From contig CAXXMR010000015.1 in the NCBI GenBank assembly GCA_963663805.2, positions 64,001 to 128,000 on the forward strand: DNA of 64,000 nucleotides, given 5' to 3'. Positions 10,894-22,365 of the stretch are shown here, one piece after another. The translations under genes and the position numbers were made by a program. Position 1 is the first letter of the stretch, and the number at the start of each line of letters is the position of its first letter. Source of the DNA: Sedimentisphaerales bacterium. Its GTDB lineage: Bacteria; Planctomycetota; Phycisphaerae; Sedimentisphaerales; SM23-30. The notes below the pieces were generated by a model that saw only the letters and a program-made list of their open reading frames with translations, was not told the DNA's origin and did not search any database.

Positions 10894-11726
10894 AAGATCC
10901 AATGGTTTTATTAAAAAGCTATCTCAAGACCCTGAAGCTTCCGACAATTCAAAAAGAGTATCAGACAATTGCCCGGGCATCCGCCCAGGCAAACGAATCC
11001 TATGAAAGTTACCTGCAAAGACTGGCCGAAATCGAAGTCTTTCATCGACAGTCGCAGGCCATCGCCAGGAGATTGAAACAGGCAAACTTCCCCATGACTA
11101 AGGAACTTGAAAGTTTTGATTTTATGGCCGTGCCGCAGATAAATAAAAAACAGATTATCGACCTTTCGATGTGCGGCTTTATCGACCGCCGCAGTAATAT
11201 CGTCTTTACCGGCCCGCCGGGCGTGGGTAAAAGTCATCTGGCCATCGCCCTCGGCCGGGAAGCCTGCCGACGAGGTTATAAAGTGCGGTTCTTTACCGCT
11301 GCTGAACTGGTTAATACGTATCTCGAAGCCCGACAGGAAAGAGCGGTGTTGAAATTAGAGAGCTATATAAAAAAATGCGACCTGATCATCATCGATGAAC
11401 TGGGCTATGTCCCGTTCGACCGTATCGGAGCGGAACATCTGTTCGGCTTTTTCAGCCAGTGCTATGAACAAACCAGCCTGATCGTAACAACGAATCTGCC
11501 ATTCGCCGATTGGCCCCAGGTCTTTGGCGATGATGAAAGATTAGCCGGTGCTCTGCTGGACCGACTGACCCACCATGTGAGCGTGGTCGAAATCATAACC
11601 GACAGCTGGCGACTTAACCAGAGTTTAGAGAAAAAACGGAAAAAAAGAAGGCTAAGAAAGCCTCAATCCAACGAAAAAGGACCAGAATCCCTATTGACAA
11701 CGCCGAAATCGGCGTTATTTTACTAA
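10890..11726 (+). CDS. istB: IS21 helper ATPase IstB
   Basis: Walker A GPPGVGKSH, Walker B LIIIDELGY, LLDRLTHH; 4-bp overlap with istA. Confidence 0.95.
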   Translation: MKDPMVLLKSYLKTLKLPTIQKEYQTIARASAQANESYESYLQRLAEIEVFHRQSQAIARRLKQANFPMTKELESFDFMAVPQINKKQIIDLSMCGFIDRRSNIVFTGPPGVGKSHLAIALGREACRRGYKVRFFTAAELVNTYLEARQERAVLKLESYIKKCDLIIIDELGYVPFDRIGAEHLFGFFSQCYEQTSLIVTTNLPFADWPQVFGDDERLAGALLDRLTHHVSVVEIITDSWRLNQSLEKKRKKRRLRKPQSNEKGPESLLTTPKSALFY

Positions 11727-11784
11727 CCTAAGTGGCTCAGATTTCGATGCAAATCTGGCTCCATTTTCAATACTAATCACCACA

Positions 11785-12218
11785 CAGTAGGTTATAACTG
11801 GGTAGAGGGAATACCTCGTTGTTATCGATACGTGAATCCATATAGCCAGGACAACACCTCAAGCCACACTGTAAACTGGTGGAGCATAGGAGCATATTGT
11901 GTGGAAACTTATGTTGGCTCTGGCACAGAGTACGGAAAACAAAAAGTAGCTGTCATGCTGGATTTAACTAACCCAAGTTCACAAGTTAACATGGGAAATA
12001 GATGGGTAGTCGATGTAGGATACAAAGATGGTTATGAGTATTGGTCTGTTGATATTGGGCCATACGATGCACAAAATCCAACAATAGTAAATGTTGCCCC
12101 TGAGTTTGGAGTTGTTAGATATTACCGAGATGACCCTTATGACCCTGACTCAGAAACATATTCAGAGTTCTCGAATATTCAAAATTCATGGACTCGATTC
12201 AGTAATAGATGTCCATAA
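11785..12218 (+). pseudogene. Fragment of an unknown, probably extracellular protein cut by IS21
   Basis: Protein-like Tyr/Trp/Asn-rich frame starting next to the IS21 right end; no recognisable start. Confidence 0.35.
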
Positions 12219-12692
12219 TTGTTTTTTTGTGTTAGTAAATAGAGTTGGCAGATTCAGCTCCCAAACGTAACACTTTAGCCAAGTGAAGCGGCATCTTTTA
12301 CTTTCTGGTTGGCACAAAAAAACCCGAGATGTTAAGATAGGCAATTTGTGATATTGCGCGTAATGGTTTATAGTTTCAGCATGATGAAGCCGAATGCTGA
12401 ATCAATATAGCTCTATAGAAAACCTTGTCACGGACGGTAATCGCATAATCGCAGCGGGCAGCCAGTGGTACTGTCCGGAATTTGGGCAGGATTATGGTAA
12501 TGTTCGGGTGGGAGAGATTGTTAGAGTGTAGTGTTTTTTAGAATTAGAGTTCTGAATCGGACACATCGCTGTTAAGCGTTTTAGAATTTCCGAAAATCGA
12601 ATGGTACGGGGAGCGAATTCAACATTAGCGGTTTTAGCAACAAACAGATTAGAAATTATTTCACTAAGAAAACCACCAACCAAACCTCTTGT

Positions 12693-12893
12693 ATGCTCAA
12701 ACGCCTGCGAACACACGGTCTGATAAAAAAAAACGGCCGAACATATATTACCTGACCAAACTCGGACGGCGAGTCATCACCACAGCCCTTAAAGCCAGAG
12801 AAATGTTCATAATCCCTGCACTCAGAGGAGCTTTGAATAATTGCTGAAGATTTCATTGCCATTTTGCGCAAAATTTCATTTGTAAGAGACTAA
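12693..12893 (+). pseudogene. C-terminal transposase remnant
   Basis: Reads MLKRLRTHGLIKKNGRTY, then after a frameshift YYLTKLGRRVITTALK, resembling a wHTH-type transposase tail. Confidence 0.45.
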
Positions 12894-13012
12894 AGCAACG
12901 CGGCCTAAACCTGGTTGCTACCGTCAAAAAAGCCCTGCGAACATACATCAAAACCGGTAAATTGCCCAAACTCGCGGAGTTCTCTGCTTCACTTGGCTAA
13001 AGTGTTACAAAA

Positions 13013-15130
13013 TTACTTTCTTTTGATCCAGATAAAATCGAGGCCTATCTCAGAACCTGTCAACTCGCTCTGGTTTACAAAAGTTAAAATATGCTTCCCC
13101 TTACGTAAGTCAACCTGTCCGAGGCAAACATTTCGAGAGCAAAGCATATTTGACTTTGTGGAAAAATTTTTATCAGAATAAATACCCGGGGCTTTATCCA
13201 TATTGACAGAATATAAACCACCATTTGGAGAATTTTTACATGTTAGATTTATTATATAAACCCCATCGGCGGGAACTGACAGTTCAAAATCTTTGGTTTC
13301 ATCTTTTTTCAAAGGCTTCCATAAAAGGCATTTTCCCTCAGAATACCTCCAGCCGGATTCCTCGACACAATTATCCATACTCAAGGCCAATGAGCCAGGC
13401 TCATAAAAAGAATATCCTTCCGTGCCCAGCGCAGCTTTGGGGGTCCACGCCGCGGGCATTTGCGGTTTTTTAATATCATTTTTTGTGACAAACACACTAT
13501 CATCCCGAATACCCGGCATACCATAATAATAGGCAATGGTTGCATAAGAAAATCCGGGAGTTACGTCATGATGAAACAGTTCCATATAAAAGGAAAAATT
13601 CTGGTCGAAGGGGATTTTGTCAAGAATATGCCAGCGGTAATTTACCGTAAAACCCCGGTTGGCAGGGCCGTCAACCTTGGGCTGGCCGCAATATGGATAG
13701 CTAAAAATTTGGTTGGTCCCCCAGGAATAATTGAAGTAATCTTCCGAGCCGGTCCCAAAAATTGAAGGGAATTTTTCGTTATCGACATATATTTTTTCGT
13801 CCCCTTCGCCCCACCAGTTACCACCTCCAGAAGGTATATTTCCGGTATTCATTATCAGGGCCGAGGTTCCCACAAAACAGCCTCTGCCCAGAGCGATAAT
13901 ATAAGGCAAATCAATTAGCGGGTCACTGGCAATCAGATCCTGATGTATGCGCCATTTTGCATGAAAATACATGGACCTTTGGGGCAGCCATTTATAAGCG
14001 CCGGTTTTAACAGCCCCCTCCAGTCTGATATTCTGGGGGCCATAATTGCGAATATTAACTTTAACCTTATTTTGGAAAGGCATAACAAAGTCGCAGGTCA
14101 TCAGGCCACTGCCCTGGACCGTGAATGGCAAAGAACGGTAAGGGATAACGCCGGGAGCCATACCAAAAAAATCCCCCACGGGACTTACAACCTGCGCGAT
14201 TTCAAAATCGTCAAACTCTATTACCAGAATGCTTTGCCGCAAAGCCGCCTCAAGGTTCGGGGCAGAGAGTTTCAGTTTTAATTCATATACAGCCTTGCTG
14301 CCCTGATCAATAAACACATCCTTTTTTCCGCCGGGTTCGATCTCACAATTAAAATCAATTTTATTCAATAAATTCGCTTTGGAACCGGGATTTTCAAATG
14401 ACCTTACAATATTTTTGGGGACGAAAACATCTTGTGCAGTAATGGTCTTAATTTGGGTATCTGGGGAATATTTACGAATTTGAATCTGGTAAAAATGGAT
14501 TTCGCTTATATTGCCCTGCCAGATTATTTTGCAGCGTTGGGAAAATGGTATCGGAAAATAACAGGCGTCATTCTGAGAAAAAACCTTGTCAAACAACTCC
14601 TCACTGCCGGGTTTATCCATCCATATTTTATATGATTTGAGAAAGAAATCCTGGGCACTGCCTTTGTAAACAGGCTCCGAATCGTCATCGAGATACAATT
14701 CGATGATTCCTGTAAAGCGAGCTGTCCATGTCCTAACAATAACTCCCGGGCAATCAATATCACAAACAAGATACCTGCCTACACCGGTCTCATCAGGAAC
14801 ACTCAGTATTTTTGCGAAAGCGGGAATCGGCTCGTTACCAAAACCGTCAGCATTGGCGAACCAGTTCGGTCCGCCATTAATTTTGCTACTGCGGTCATAA
14901 GAACTATACTGTACCAGTTTGTAATTGGACTGCGGAAAGTAAGTTAATCCCTGCAAATCCGCTATTTCATTGACAAAATCTTTAAAGGTAAGTGATTCAT
15001 CTCCCACCACCTCGGACCCGCAAAACGCAAAACGCAACACACAAAACGAACACAAAAAAAAGCCGGTACTGAAAACTAAAGCATTTTTATTTGCGCTGAA
15101 ATTTTTAAGCCGTTCTGCCACTATTCCCAT
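13013..15130 (-). CDS. DUF2961 (GH172-like) glycoside hydrolase, secreted
   Basis: Motifs YSSYDRSS, PVGDFFG, WWGEGDEKIYVD and FGTGSEDYF; hydrophobic N-terminus. Confidence 0.85.
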   Translation of the reverse strand: MGIVAERLKNFSANKNALVFSTGFFLCSFCVLRFAFCGSEVVGDESLTFKDFVNEIADLQGLTYFPQSNYKLVQYSSYDRSSKINGGPNWFANADGFGNEPIPAFAKILSVPDETGVGRYLVCDIDCPGVIVRTWTARFTGIIELYLDDDSEPVYKGSAQDFFLKSYKIWMDKPGSEELFDKVFSQNDACYFPIPFSQRCKIIWQGNISEIHFYQIQIRKYSPDTQIKTITAQDVFVPKNIVRSFENPGSKANLLNKIDFNCEIEPGGKKDVFIDQGSKAVYELKLKLSAPNLEAALRQSILVIEFDDFEIAQVVSPVGDFFGMAPGVIPYRSLPFTVQGSGLMTCDFVMPFQNKVKVNIRNYGPQNIRLEGAVKTGAYKWLPQRSMYFHAKWRIHQDLIASDPLIDLPYIIALGRGCFVGTSALIMNTGNIPSGGGNWWGEGDEKIYVDNEKFPSIFGTGSEDYFNYSWGTNQIFSYPYCGQPKVDGPANRGFTVNYRWHILDKIPFDQNFSFYMELFHHDVTPGFSYATIAYYYGMPGIRDDSVFVTKNDIKKPQMPAAWTPKAALGTEGYSFYEPGSLALSMDNCVEESGWRYSEGKCLLWKPLKKDETKDFELSVPADGVYIINLTCKNSPNGGLYSVNMDKAPGIYSDKNFSTKSNMLCSRNVCLGQVDLRKGKHILTFVNQSELTGSEIGLDFIWIKRK

Positions 15131-15252
15131 AAGCTCAATAATCCCTTACTATTAGCCTGTGAATAAAACCGGAAAACCCTCGCAGAAAAAAACTGATGAA
15201 GGTAGTCTGCGTCTTATAAATCCACAAACTACCTCCATCAGAAAATCTAATC

Positions 15253-18200
15253 TCAATCAACGAGAATCCTTACGCCGTCGGGGTCATGTGGAAACTCCAG
15301 TTTGAAAGTGGCCCCGTCATCGACAATGGTAAGCGTAACCGGGTTGTCCTCAGAATCAAAGGCTGAAATATCCGAGGTGGTCTTATTATACGGGAACAGC
15401 CGAACAACCGCGTCAGTATTGAGCGGTCCTCTCACGGCGAACTCCAGCACACCGGCATCGCATTTTTCATAATCCAATCGACCGGACGTGTGCAATACCG
15501 CAGGCTGACTGCCAGCTAACTTGGCAGTAACGTCCTTGTACAGGTAGCTTTGGCCCAGACTTAGAGACGGCGCGGTCAAAACTGGAAGGTCGGCGTCAAA
15601 AATATCAACCATACTTCCCGCGACGGAGCTGACAGTGGTGTCCGTGGCGTAACCAATGACATAATCGCCTCTCTTCATGAGGAAATAACCCGGGCGCTGC
15701 AAGCCGTTGGTTTGTCCGGCGGCAATCAGGGCTGAATTGACAAGCGGATAGTACGTACTCTCGGCGTTTGAGACAGTAGCGAAACCGGCAGGAGAAACAG
15801 CCCTTCGATAAACCATACCGGAACCGTAACTGTAATCGCCATTGGCGACACTTGCTCCAACCAGTGCCATTAAGTGATGGGTCGGAGAATCATATCCCAG
15901 GCCATGCCACCAGAACGAAGTCATATTGTCAAGCTCATCGCCGGTATTACCCAAGACAATCAATGAGCCTCCGTCGTTAACCCAGCCAGACAATGCCATA
16001 TTCATAGCAGCAAGCGTGGGCTTCCATTTTTCAAAGCAGACAACAATCACATCGAACCTTGACAGATAATCAGCATCCTGGTACCTCTCCATAACAACAG
16101 AGGAAACCGGAACACCTTCTTCTAAAAGCGGAACAATCTGACCAAAAGTTCCCTGTAAAGTTGGGTTGGTCTGGACTTGCCACTGCAAACTATCGGCAAC
16201 GGCAACACCGATTCCTTCTGATACCGCGGCGGGATTAACCCAGTCTCCCCCCAAAGGCATTTCCTGTAAAGCCTGAGTTACAGCCAATATTTCCTGACGA
16301 TACGCCAATGGCGCGATGTCTTCTTCGGCATAGTCGAATATTTCAAGAAATATTCTTTCCGGCCAAGGCATCACCTCATAAGAATCTGTTTCCGACAGGA
16401 ACAACATTGCTCCCACGCAATCCTCGTACCAGTCCTGATATTCAGCCCAGGTAAAGGTTAAATTATCCTCGACGGGGTCCACCAGGAACCACATCTTCTT
16501 ATCTGTGCCCAGGCTGAGCTGATTGAAGTGATCGTAACAGGCAAGTGCCGCACTGAAAAACGATTTCTTAGACGAACTGTAACCATCACGACACCACTTA
16601 ATCGTGCCCGACCAAACCTGAGCAATATAACCGTCGCAGTCACTCATATCGACAGTCTGCCCCACCGGCGAAGTCAGGCCGGCAGTTAAGTTACTGTAAA
16701 TGTCATGGCTGGGATAGATAAAGCTGACATTGGTGTCGGCCACCGATGCGGCCAGGCTGCCCAGCGAATCCATCCACAGGTTATTCAAAAGCTGACCGGT
16801 CAGGAAATAGCTGGGCGCACTTGCCTGCGAGCCCTGCCACGGCGTTCCATACTCCAGCACCCATCTATCTTTAAACGCCTGCTCATAGCCACTTTTGACA
16901 AATGAAAGTGATTCCTGAGGCATTATCGCCATAACACCGTCATCTATCATTTCGTCAAATATCTCCTGCTGATACTCGGTCCAGTCCGGCGAGGAAGGAT
17001 TGATATAGGGAAGATTCGGTTCATTGTAAACAGTCATTATGGAACCGTCGTAACCGCGTGCCAACTCATCCATATGGTCGGCCCCGTCCGCACCACCGTT
17101 GGCATAGAAGTAGTAACCATCCGTGCTCATAACGCTCATTGACCCCAAAATATTCCCCTGAGCAACCCAGGTGGTTCTCGCGAACTTGGTATCCTCCTCC
17201 ATCTTATGATTAACCACCGCGTCAACAGCAATCGCGCAATCGGGGTCATAGCCCCAGCCAATGCCCGTCTGCAGCATGGTCTTTACAGAATGGGTAAAAG
17301 GTGAGGTCTCTGAAAACGGAACACCGCACACAGTCTGATCATTGCACCCTTGCCAGTCTTCTCCGAACACTACAAAATCAAGCAGGTCGATTTCCATGTC
17401 CCGGTTCAAATCCGAGGAATAATCATAGTCGCCCAGCCACTGAAGAGCCAATTGTGTCAAATCCACCAAATCAACAGTACAATTTTTGTCAATGTCAGCC
17501 AGCATATAATAGCCCGACTGGCAGGAGCCAGCCAGGACCGGCGGACAAATCGCTTCCATCATGTTGGCATGTAACGCATAGGGGTAAATACGAATATCAT
17601 CCAAAAGCCCCTCGTAATAGTGAGTGTAGGACGGATAAGAGGTTTCCTCGGCGCCAAAAGAAACACCGTCGGTCGTCTCCCATATCCTGCCCGGACCGAC
17701 AACATCCTTACTGGCCGCCAAATCACCATCGATATAGATTTGCATCAGGCCCGCCTGGGAGTTATAGACACCAGCCACCTGATGCCAGCCATTATCGCCC
17801 AAACCAGGAGCAAAAGTCATCAGTTGAACATAAGGATAACCGCCAGTACCGACATTGTGGCATATCCAGATGATATAGTAATCAGACTGATCTCTATAGC
17901 TGAACAAACCCCAGGAAGTATCCCCGCGTGAAGCCAGGGTTTGCCAGCCGGATGCGGATTCAGGATCATTTTTCATCCATAGCGACACGGTCATGGCGTC
18001 AGGGTTCGTCAATTTAGCCGCATTATCGTAACCTAAGTCCGCATAACTCCCTGACCCGGTATTACTCATAACCAGACCTCTATCCGGGTCGTTAATGATA
18101 GAAGCACCCCCTTCAAAAGAAGCATTTGCCGCAGGGTCCACTCCTGACACGTCAGCGGCATAACTGGCGTTTGTACCGTCTTCAAAATTCCAGTAGCCCA

Positions 18201-19266
18201 CCATATCGTCATCAATATTATCAGCGGCTACAAAGTGCCAAACTGGCCCCCTAGTCAGCGTTTCACTGTCGTCCCCGCCGCCATTGGAGTCATAACAATC
18301 AACTCGCCAGTAATAATCAAGGCCGGAAGTTAAGATCTGCCAGTCGAGAGCTACTTTTTCGACAGGCTGCTTATCAACTATTTTGGTCATCGCGAATTGA
18401 CTCAAGCCAAAATAAACATCACAGGTAATAGTGTCACCCAGGTCATAAGGCTTAGGATTTTCCCAGCTCAATTCATCCAACGGGTTTAAGACCAGCTCGC
18501 CATTGGGACTCGGACTGTGGGCACGAGTATTCAGGCCCGTTGCCGCGTTGATAACTGTCCAGTCACCGGAAAGCTCACGTTCAACCGTGCCCACACCGCC
18601 GAAAGCGGTTATCTTATTGCTGGCGATATAGCTGTCTATCAATGCGATATGATCACCCCAAATCTGCAAAATACCGTCAGTAATATCTATAACTCCATTG
18701 TCGCCTATATCCAGCCCGCCTGCCCAGATGGCGCCACCGTCCAGATGTACCACGCCAGCCGCCCCCCCCATGTCGTTATTGCTGACATTGAGCTGCACAT
18801 TGATGTTTAACAATCCGCCCGCCATATTTAGTTCCCCGGTCGCCCAGGTGCCGACAAACATGTTGCTCCAATGGCAAAGAACCTCACCGCCACTGATGTT
18901 CACAACACCAGGCTTGCCCAACCCTACGGTAAATCCCCAAAAATCATCTCTACCTTCATGAACGGTCAGAGAACCGCCCGTTACCGTCAATGTCGCACCG
19001 CCGTTGTAATCGAAACCCACAGTAAGACCCTGAACCTCAGCGGTTATCGCACTGTCAATCAGAACAACAGGATTATAACTGCTGTCAATCCGGGCTTCAT
19101 CGGCAGCATCTGGGACTTTGGTGTTATAGTTGCCGCTGTCCATCTCAACCCAGCTACCGGCTACATCCCATCTGCCGCTGTCGCCGGTCCACCAATAAAT
19201 ATCCGCCGCCGAAATTGAGGTCATAACCAACAGCAAAAAACAAACCAGCACTTTTTTACACATCAC
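15253..19266 (-). CDS. Large secreted multidomain protein: repeat N-domain, LamG-like domain, dockerin-like segment, putative glycosidase-like C-terminus
   Basis: Signal peptide; LamG-like VGYWNFEDG...WHQVAGVY...GLLDDIRIY; dockerin-like ADIDKNCTVDLVDL...DLNRDMEIDLLDF. Confidence 0.75.
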   Translation of the reverse strand: MMCKKVLVCFLLLVMTSISAADIYWWTGDSGRWDVAGSWVEMDSGNYNTKVPDAADEARIDSSYNPVVLIDSAITAEVQGLTVGFDYNGGATLTVTGGSLTVHEGRDDFWGFTVGLGKPGVVNISGGEVLCHWSNMFVGTWATGELNMAGGLLNINVQLNVSNNDMGGAAGVVHLDGGAIWAGGLDIGDNGVIDITDGILQIWGDHIALIDSYIASNKITAFGGVGTVERELSGDWTVINAATGLNTRAHSPSPNGELVLNPLDELSWENPKPYDLGDTITCDVYFGLSQFAMTKIVDKQPVEKVALDWQILTSGLDYYWRVDCYDSNGGGDDSETLTRGPVWHFVAADNIDDDMVGYWNFEDGTNASYAADVSGVDPAANASFEGGASIINDPDRGLVMSNTGSGSYADLGYDNAAKLTNPDAMTVSLWMKNDPESASGWQTLASRGDTSWGLFSYRDQSDYYIIWICHNVGTGGYPYVQLMTFAPGLGDNGWHQVAGVYNSQAGLMQIYIDGDLAASKDVVGPGRIWETTDGVSFGAEETSYPSYTHYYEGLLDDIRIYPYALHANMMEAICPPVLAGSCQSGYYMLADIDKNCTVDLVDLTQLALQWLGDYDYSSDLNRDMEIDLLDFVVFGEDWQGCNDQTVCGVPFSETSPFTHSVKTMLQTGIGWGYDPDCAIAVDAVVNHKMEEDTKFARTTWVAQGNILGSMSVMSTDGYYFYANGGADGADHMDELARGYDGSIMTVYNEPNLPYINPSSPDWTEYQQEIFDEMIDDGVMAIMPQESLSFVKSGYEQAFKDRWVLEYGTPWQGSQASAPSYFLTGQLLNNLWMDSLGSLAASVADTNVSFIYPSHDIYSNLTAGLTSPVGQTVDMSDCDGYIAQVWSGTIKWCRDGYSSSKKSFFSAALACYDHFNQLSLGTDKKMWFLVDPVEDNLTFTWAEYQDWYEDCVGAMLFLSETDSYEVMPWPERIFLEIFDYAEEDIAPLAYRQEILAVTQALQEMPLGGDWVNPAAVSEGIGVAVADSLQWQVQTNPTLQGTFGQIVPLLEEGVPVSSVVMERYQDADYLSRFDVIVVCFEKWKPTLAAMNMALSGWVNDGGSLIVLGNTGDELDNMTSFWWHGLGYDSPTHHLMALVGASVANGDYSYGSGMVYRRAVSPAGFATVSNAESTYYPLVNSALIAAGQTNGLQRPGYFLMKRGDYVIGYATDTTVSSVAGSMVDIFDADLPVLTAPSLSLGQSYLYKDVTAKLAGSQPAVLHTSGRLDYEKCDAGVLEFAVRGPLNTDAVVRLFPYNKTTSDISAFDSEDNPVTLTIVDDGATFKLEFPHDPDGVRILVD

Positions 19267-19392
19267 TTTACTCCTAAGCCAGATAAATAGAAAATTCTAA
19301 GCAACTAAATTCCAAACACCAACAACAGAAATATTTTAACCGCGGATTACACGAATTTATATTCGACAACTTCCTGGAGACTAAATTGCCAT

Positions 19393-20220
19393 TTACCATT
19401 GCAAATGAGATGGAAACCACATAATATCATTGGCCTTTGCATCAACTCTGCCTCCATCTAAAAACTTGAAGGTATCTTCCTTTTCTAAATACTCACAATG
19501 TCCATCAAAAAAACCCATATTAAGGCCTTCCCTATGACGATGCGCAGGAGCATTCCAGGGAGAACCACTACTACTGCTGCTACCCCAGACATCACCGTAA
19601 ACATCCCAGAATTTTCTATAGTTAGCGTTACCATAGACTAAGCCGAAGTCTGTCGAATCCGCAAACGCAAAACAATAAGCGGGGCGTCTGACATCTGAAA
19701 GCTTAAAACCGATATAACCACCTCTAAAATTTTCATCAAAACTCGAATAAGTATTATTCACATTCAAACCCGACCAGTTATAACCATAACTTATATCTAC
19801 TCTGTCGTATGTGGTCTCATAAACACCTTTTTTCAAATTAACAGTGGGACATTGAAGCTTTTGGGATATTGTCAAATCATTTGTTGAGGTGTCAACTTCT
19901 TTGCCTGGATCGAGAAGCTCTCTCACATAAGGTAACTGAAACCAGCGGGCATAGCCTCCGGGCGTCGTACAAAAAGGAATGTAAGCGTCATTAAATTCTG
20001 TTAAATAAATTTGATTGCAGGTGTTAAGTGTTTTTATATTATTCATACAAACCGCCGCCTTGGCTTGTTCCCTGGCTCCGCTTAAAGCAGGCATAAGTAT
20101 AGACAACAATAGTGCAATGATTGCTATAACAACCAACAGCTCAACTAACGTGAAACCGCGATAGCGGAACGACCTCTTACAAATCGGAATAAAACCTGTT
20201 GACAAATTTGAATTATTCAT
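19393..20220 (-). CDS. Prepilin-type N-terminal cleavage/methylation protein (DUF1559-like, H-X9-DG)
   Basis: [33 protein letters not shown]-terminal [15 protein letters not shown]. Confidence 0.9.
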   Translation of the reverse strand: MNNSNLSTGFIPICKRSFRYRGFTLVELLVVIAIIALLLSILMPALSGAREQAKAAVCMNNIKTLNTCNQIYLTEFNDAYIPFCTTPGGYARWFQLPYVRELLDPGKEVDTSTNDLTISQKLQCPTVNLKKGVYETTYDRVDISYGYNWSGLNVNNTYSSFDENFRGGYIGFKLSDVRRPAYCFAFADSTDFGLVYGNANYRKFWDVYGDVWGSSSSSGSPWNAPAHRHREGLNMGFFDGHCEYLEKEDTFKFLDGGRVDAKANDIMWFPSHLQW

Positions 20221-20317
20221 AGTTAACCCTTCTGTTTGTCCATGCCTGCTTGCCCAAACGAAACACCGGTACTATGGCAGCCATGCGTTGACAACTGGCC
20301 ATAGTCCGGTCCATACT

Positions 20318-21109
20318 TTATTTACGTTTCCTAAGCATCAGAACGCTCGAGCCCAGCAGCAGCACCAGAGATGCCGGCTCAGGCACCGCCGTTACAACCG
20401 TCCAGTCGCCGGAAAGCTCACTTTCAACCATGCCCGTACCGCCCAGAGCGATTATCTTGTTGCTGGCGATATAACTATCAATCAACGCGAGATGATCACC
20501 CCAAATCTTCAAAACACCGTCGGTAATATCAATAACTCCATTATTGCCTACCTCCAGGGCGCCAGCCCATATTTCACCGCCGTCCAGATGAACCACGCCA
20601 GCCGACCCACCCGTGCTGTTATTGCTGACATTAAGCTGCTGGTTAACGTTTAACAGGCCGCCTGTCATGTTTAACTCCCCGGTTGCCCAGTTACCGATAA
20701 ACATGTTGCTCCATTGGCAAAGCACTGACCCGCCGCTAATATTCACAACACCGGGCTTACCATTACCAACTGAAAATCCCCAAAAATCATCTCTACCTCT
20801 ACCAACGGTCAGAGAACCGCCCGTTACATCTAATGTCGCACCGCCGTTGTAATCGAAACCCACGGTAAGACCTTGCACTTCGGCGGTTATAGCACTGTCA
20901 ATCAGAACAACAGGGTTATAACTGCTGTCAATCCGGGCTTCATCGGCAGCATCTGGGACTTTGGTGTTATAGTTGCCGCTGTCCATCTCAACCCAGCTAC
21001 CGGCTACATCCCATCTGCCGCTGTCGCCGGTCCACCAATAAATATCCGCCGCCGAAATTGAGGTCATAACCAACAGCAAAAAACAAACCAACATTTTCTT
21101 GAACATCAC
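20318..21109 (-). CDS. PEP-CTERM sorting-domain protein
   Basis: Signal peptide; C-terminal VPEPASLVLLLGSSVLMLRKRK. Confidence 0.92.
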   Translation of the reverse strand: MMFKKMLVCFLLLVMTSISAADIYWWTGDSGRWDVAGSWVEMDSGNYNTKVPDAADEARIDSSYNPVVLIDSAITAEVQGLTVGFDYNGGATLDVTGGSLTVGRGRDDFWGFSVGNGKPGVVNISGGSVLCQWSNMFIGNWATGELNMTGGLLNVNQQLNVSNNSTGGSAGVVHLDGGEIWAGALEVGNNGVIDITDGVLKIWGDHLALIDSYIASNKIIALGGTGMVESELSGDWTVVTAVPEPASLVLLLGSSVLMLRKRK

Positions 21110-21201
21110 CTTACTCCTAAAAAAAAGTTAACCAACTTCCAGGACCAACGATTGACCCCGGCAATTTCACACACACAATTTATACCTTAACACTTAACCA
21201 A

Positions 21202-22365
21202 TTAAATCTTACCGCCCACCGAGCTCTGCCGAATAACAAGTTGAGGATTGATTTTTCGACACATCTCCCTGTCAAACGAACCCGATATCTTCTGGTGAAG
21301 CAGTTTGGCAGCTTCATATCCAACTTCTTCATTCTTTTGGTTGATGCTTGTCAGAGGAACTTTGAGACCCCGACAGAAAGGATAATCACCAAAGCTGACA
21401 ATAAAAACATTGCCCCCTATTTCCAAGCCCATTTCTTCCGCCGCCAGACAAACAGCCTTGGCCGTATAGTCATTCAGTGTCAGAATATTATAAAATTCAC
21501 GCTTCTCCCGCTTGAAAAAATCAAGAGTAAGGCTGTACTGGGTACACAGGAAAGGCTCTTCAATATCTCGGCTGTAAATCGTGGCATAACTGCCATCCAT
21601 CTCATTGAAAATCAGCTTGCAATAATCCCCAAAATTTTGATGACCATGCTCTGCCATCGCAATCCGCCAGCCGTCATAACGTTCTCTAACCGAGCTCAGC
21701 TTTGAATCATCAGAAAAATAAAACACCGGCTCATTGCAATTCTCGAAAAGATGATTACAGGCCATATACGCGCCATGAGTATGGTCTATCGAAACGGAAC
21801 TGGCACTGGTACCCTCTAATTGCCTATCCACAAGGACAACTTTTACCCCTTTAGCCATTGCAAAATTAATCGCCTCTACGATCTCCGGATGATAATACGG
21901 CAAGATAATCAATCCATCAGTACACGGATTCCGAATACCTTCAATAAATGCTTCATGGGAATTGGGCGAATCAATAACAAGGGAGTCAAGATTGTTTTCG
22001 ACTTCGTAACGGGAAATTCCCTGGGTTATCTGAAGGTCAAGGCTGTCACGAGTTGTTCGTAAAAACGTCATTGAACAAGAATCAAAATTGGGTTCGAATT
22101 TTATCACGACCGGACGTTTACCTCGGCCGCGGCCATTCTTGAAATGAACCAGACCATCCTGCTCCAAAAGATCAAGTGCCATAATAACCGCCTGGTAGCT
22201 GACATCATATTCTTTGACTATTTTAGCGATAGGCGGCAGTTCATCTCCATGCTTAACAGAGCCGTTTTTAATTTCATTAGCAAGATGCCTTTGCACTTGC
22301 TTATAGATGGGCATGGGCTTGCCGGCTTCCTTGATTATTCCTTTTTTAGGTACTGCTATCGACAT
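21202..22365 (-). CDS. GntR-HTH / LacI-type sugar-binding transcriptional regulator (AraR-like)
   Basis: PIYKQVQRHL...GDELPP HTH; C-terminal motifs IVSFGD, PLTSINQ and LVIRQS. Confidence 0.88.
   Translation of the reverse strand: MSIAVPKKGIIKEAGKPMPIYKQVQRHLANEIKNGSVKHGDELPPIAKIVKEYDVSYQAVIMALDLLEQDGLVHFKNGRGRGKRPVVIKFEPNFDSCSMTFLRTTRDSLDLQITQGISRYEVENNLDSLVIDSPNSHEAFIEGIRNPCTDGLIILPYYHPEIVEAINFAMAKGVKVVLVDRQLEGTSASSVSIDHTHGAYMACNHLFENCNEPVFYFSDDSKLSSVRERYDGWRIAMAEHGHQNFGDYCKLIFNEMDGSYATIYSRDIEEPFLCTQYSLTLDFFKREKREFYNILTLNDYTAKAVCLAAEEMGLEIGGNVFIVSFGDYPFCRGLKVPLTSINQKNEEVGYEAAKLLHQKISGSFDREMCRKINPQLVIRQSSVGGKI

Larger units (their letters stand above)
9270..11782 (+). mobile_element. IS21-family element
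   Basis: IRL TGGTGATTAGCATTGAAAATGGAGCCAGATTTGC and IRR GCAAATCTGGCTCCATTTTCAATACTAATCACCA, with internal GAGCCA repeats; contains istA-istB. Confidence 0.93.
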
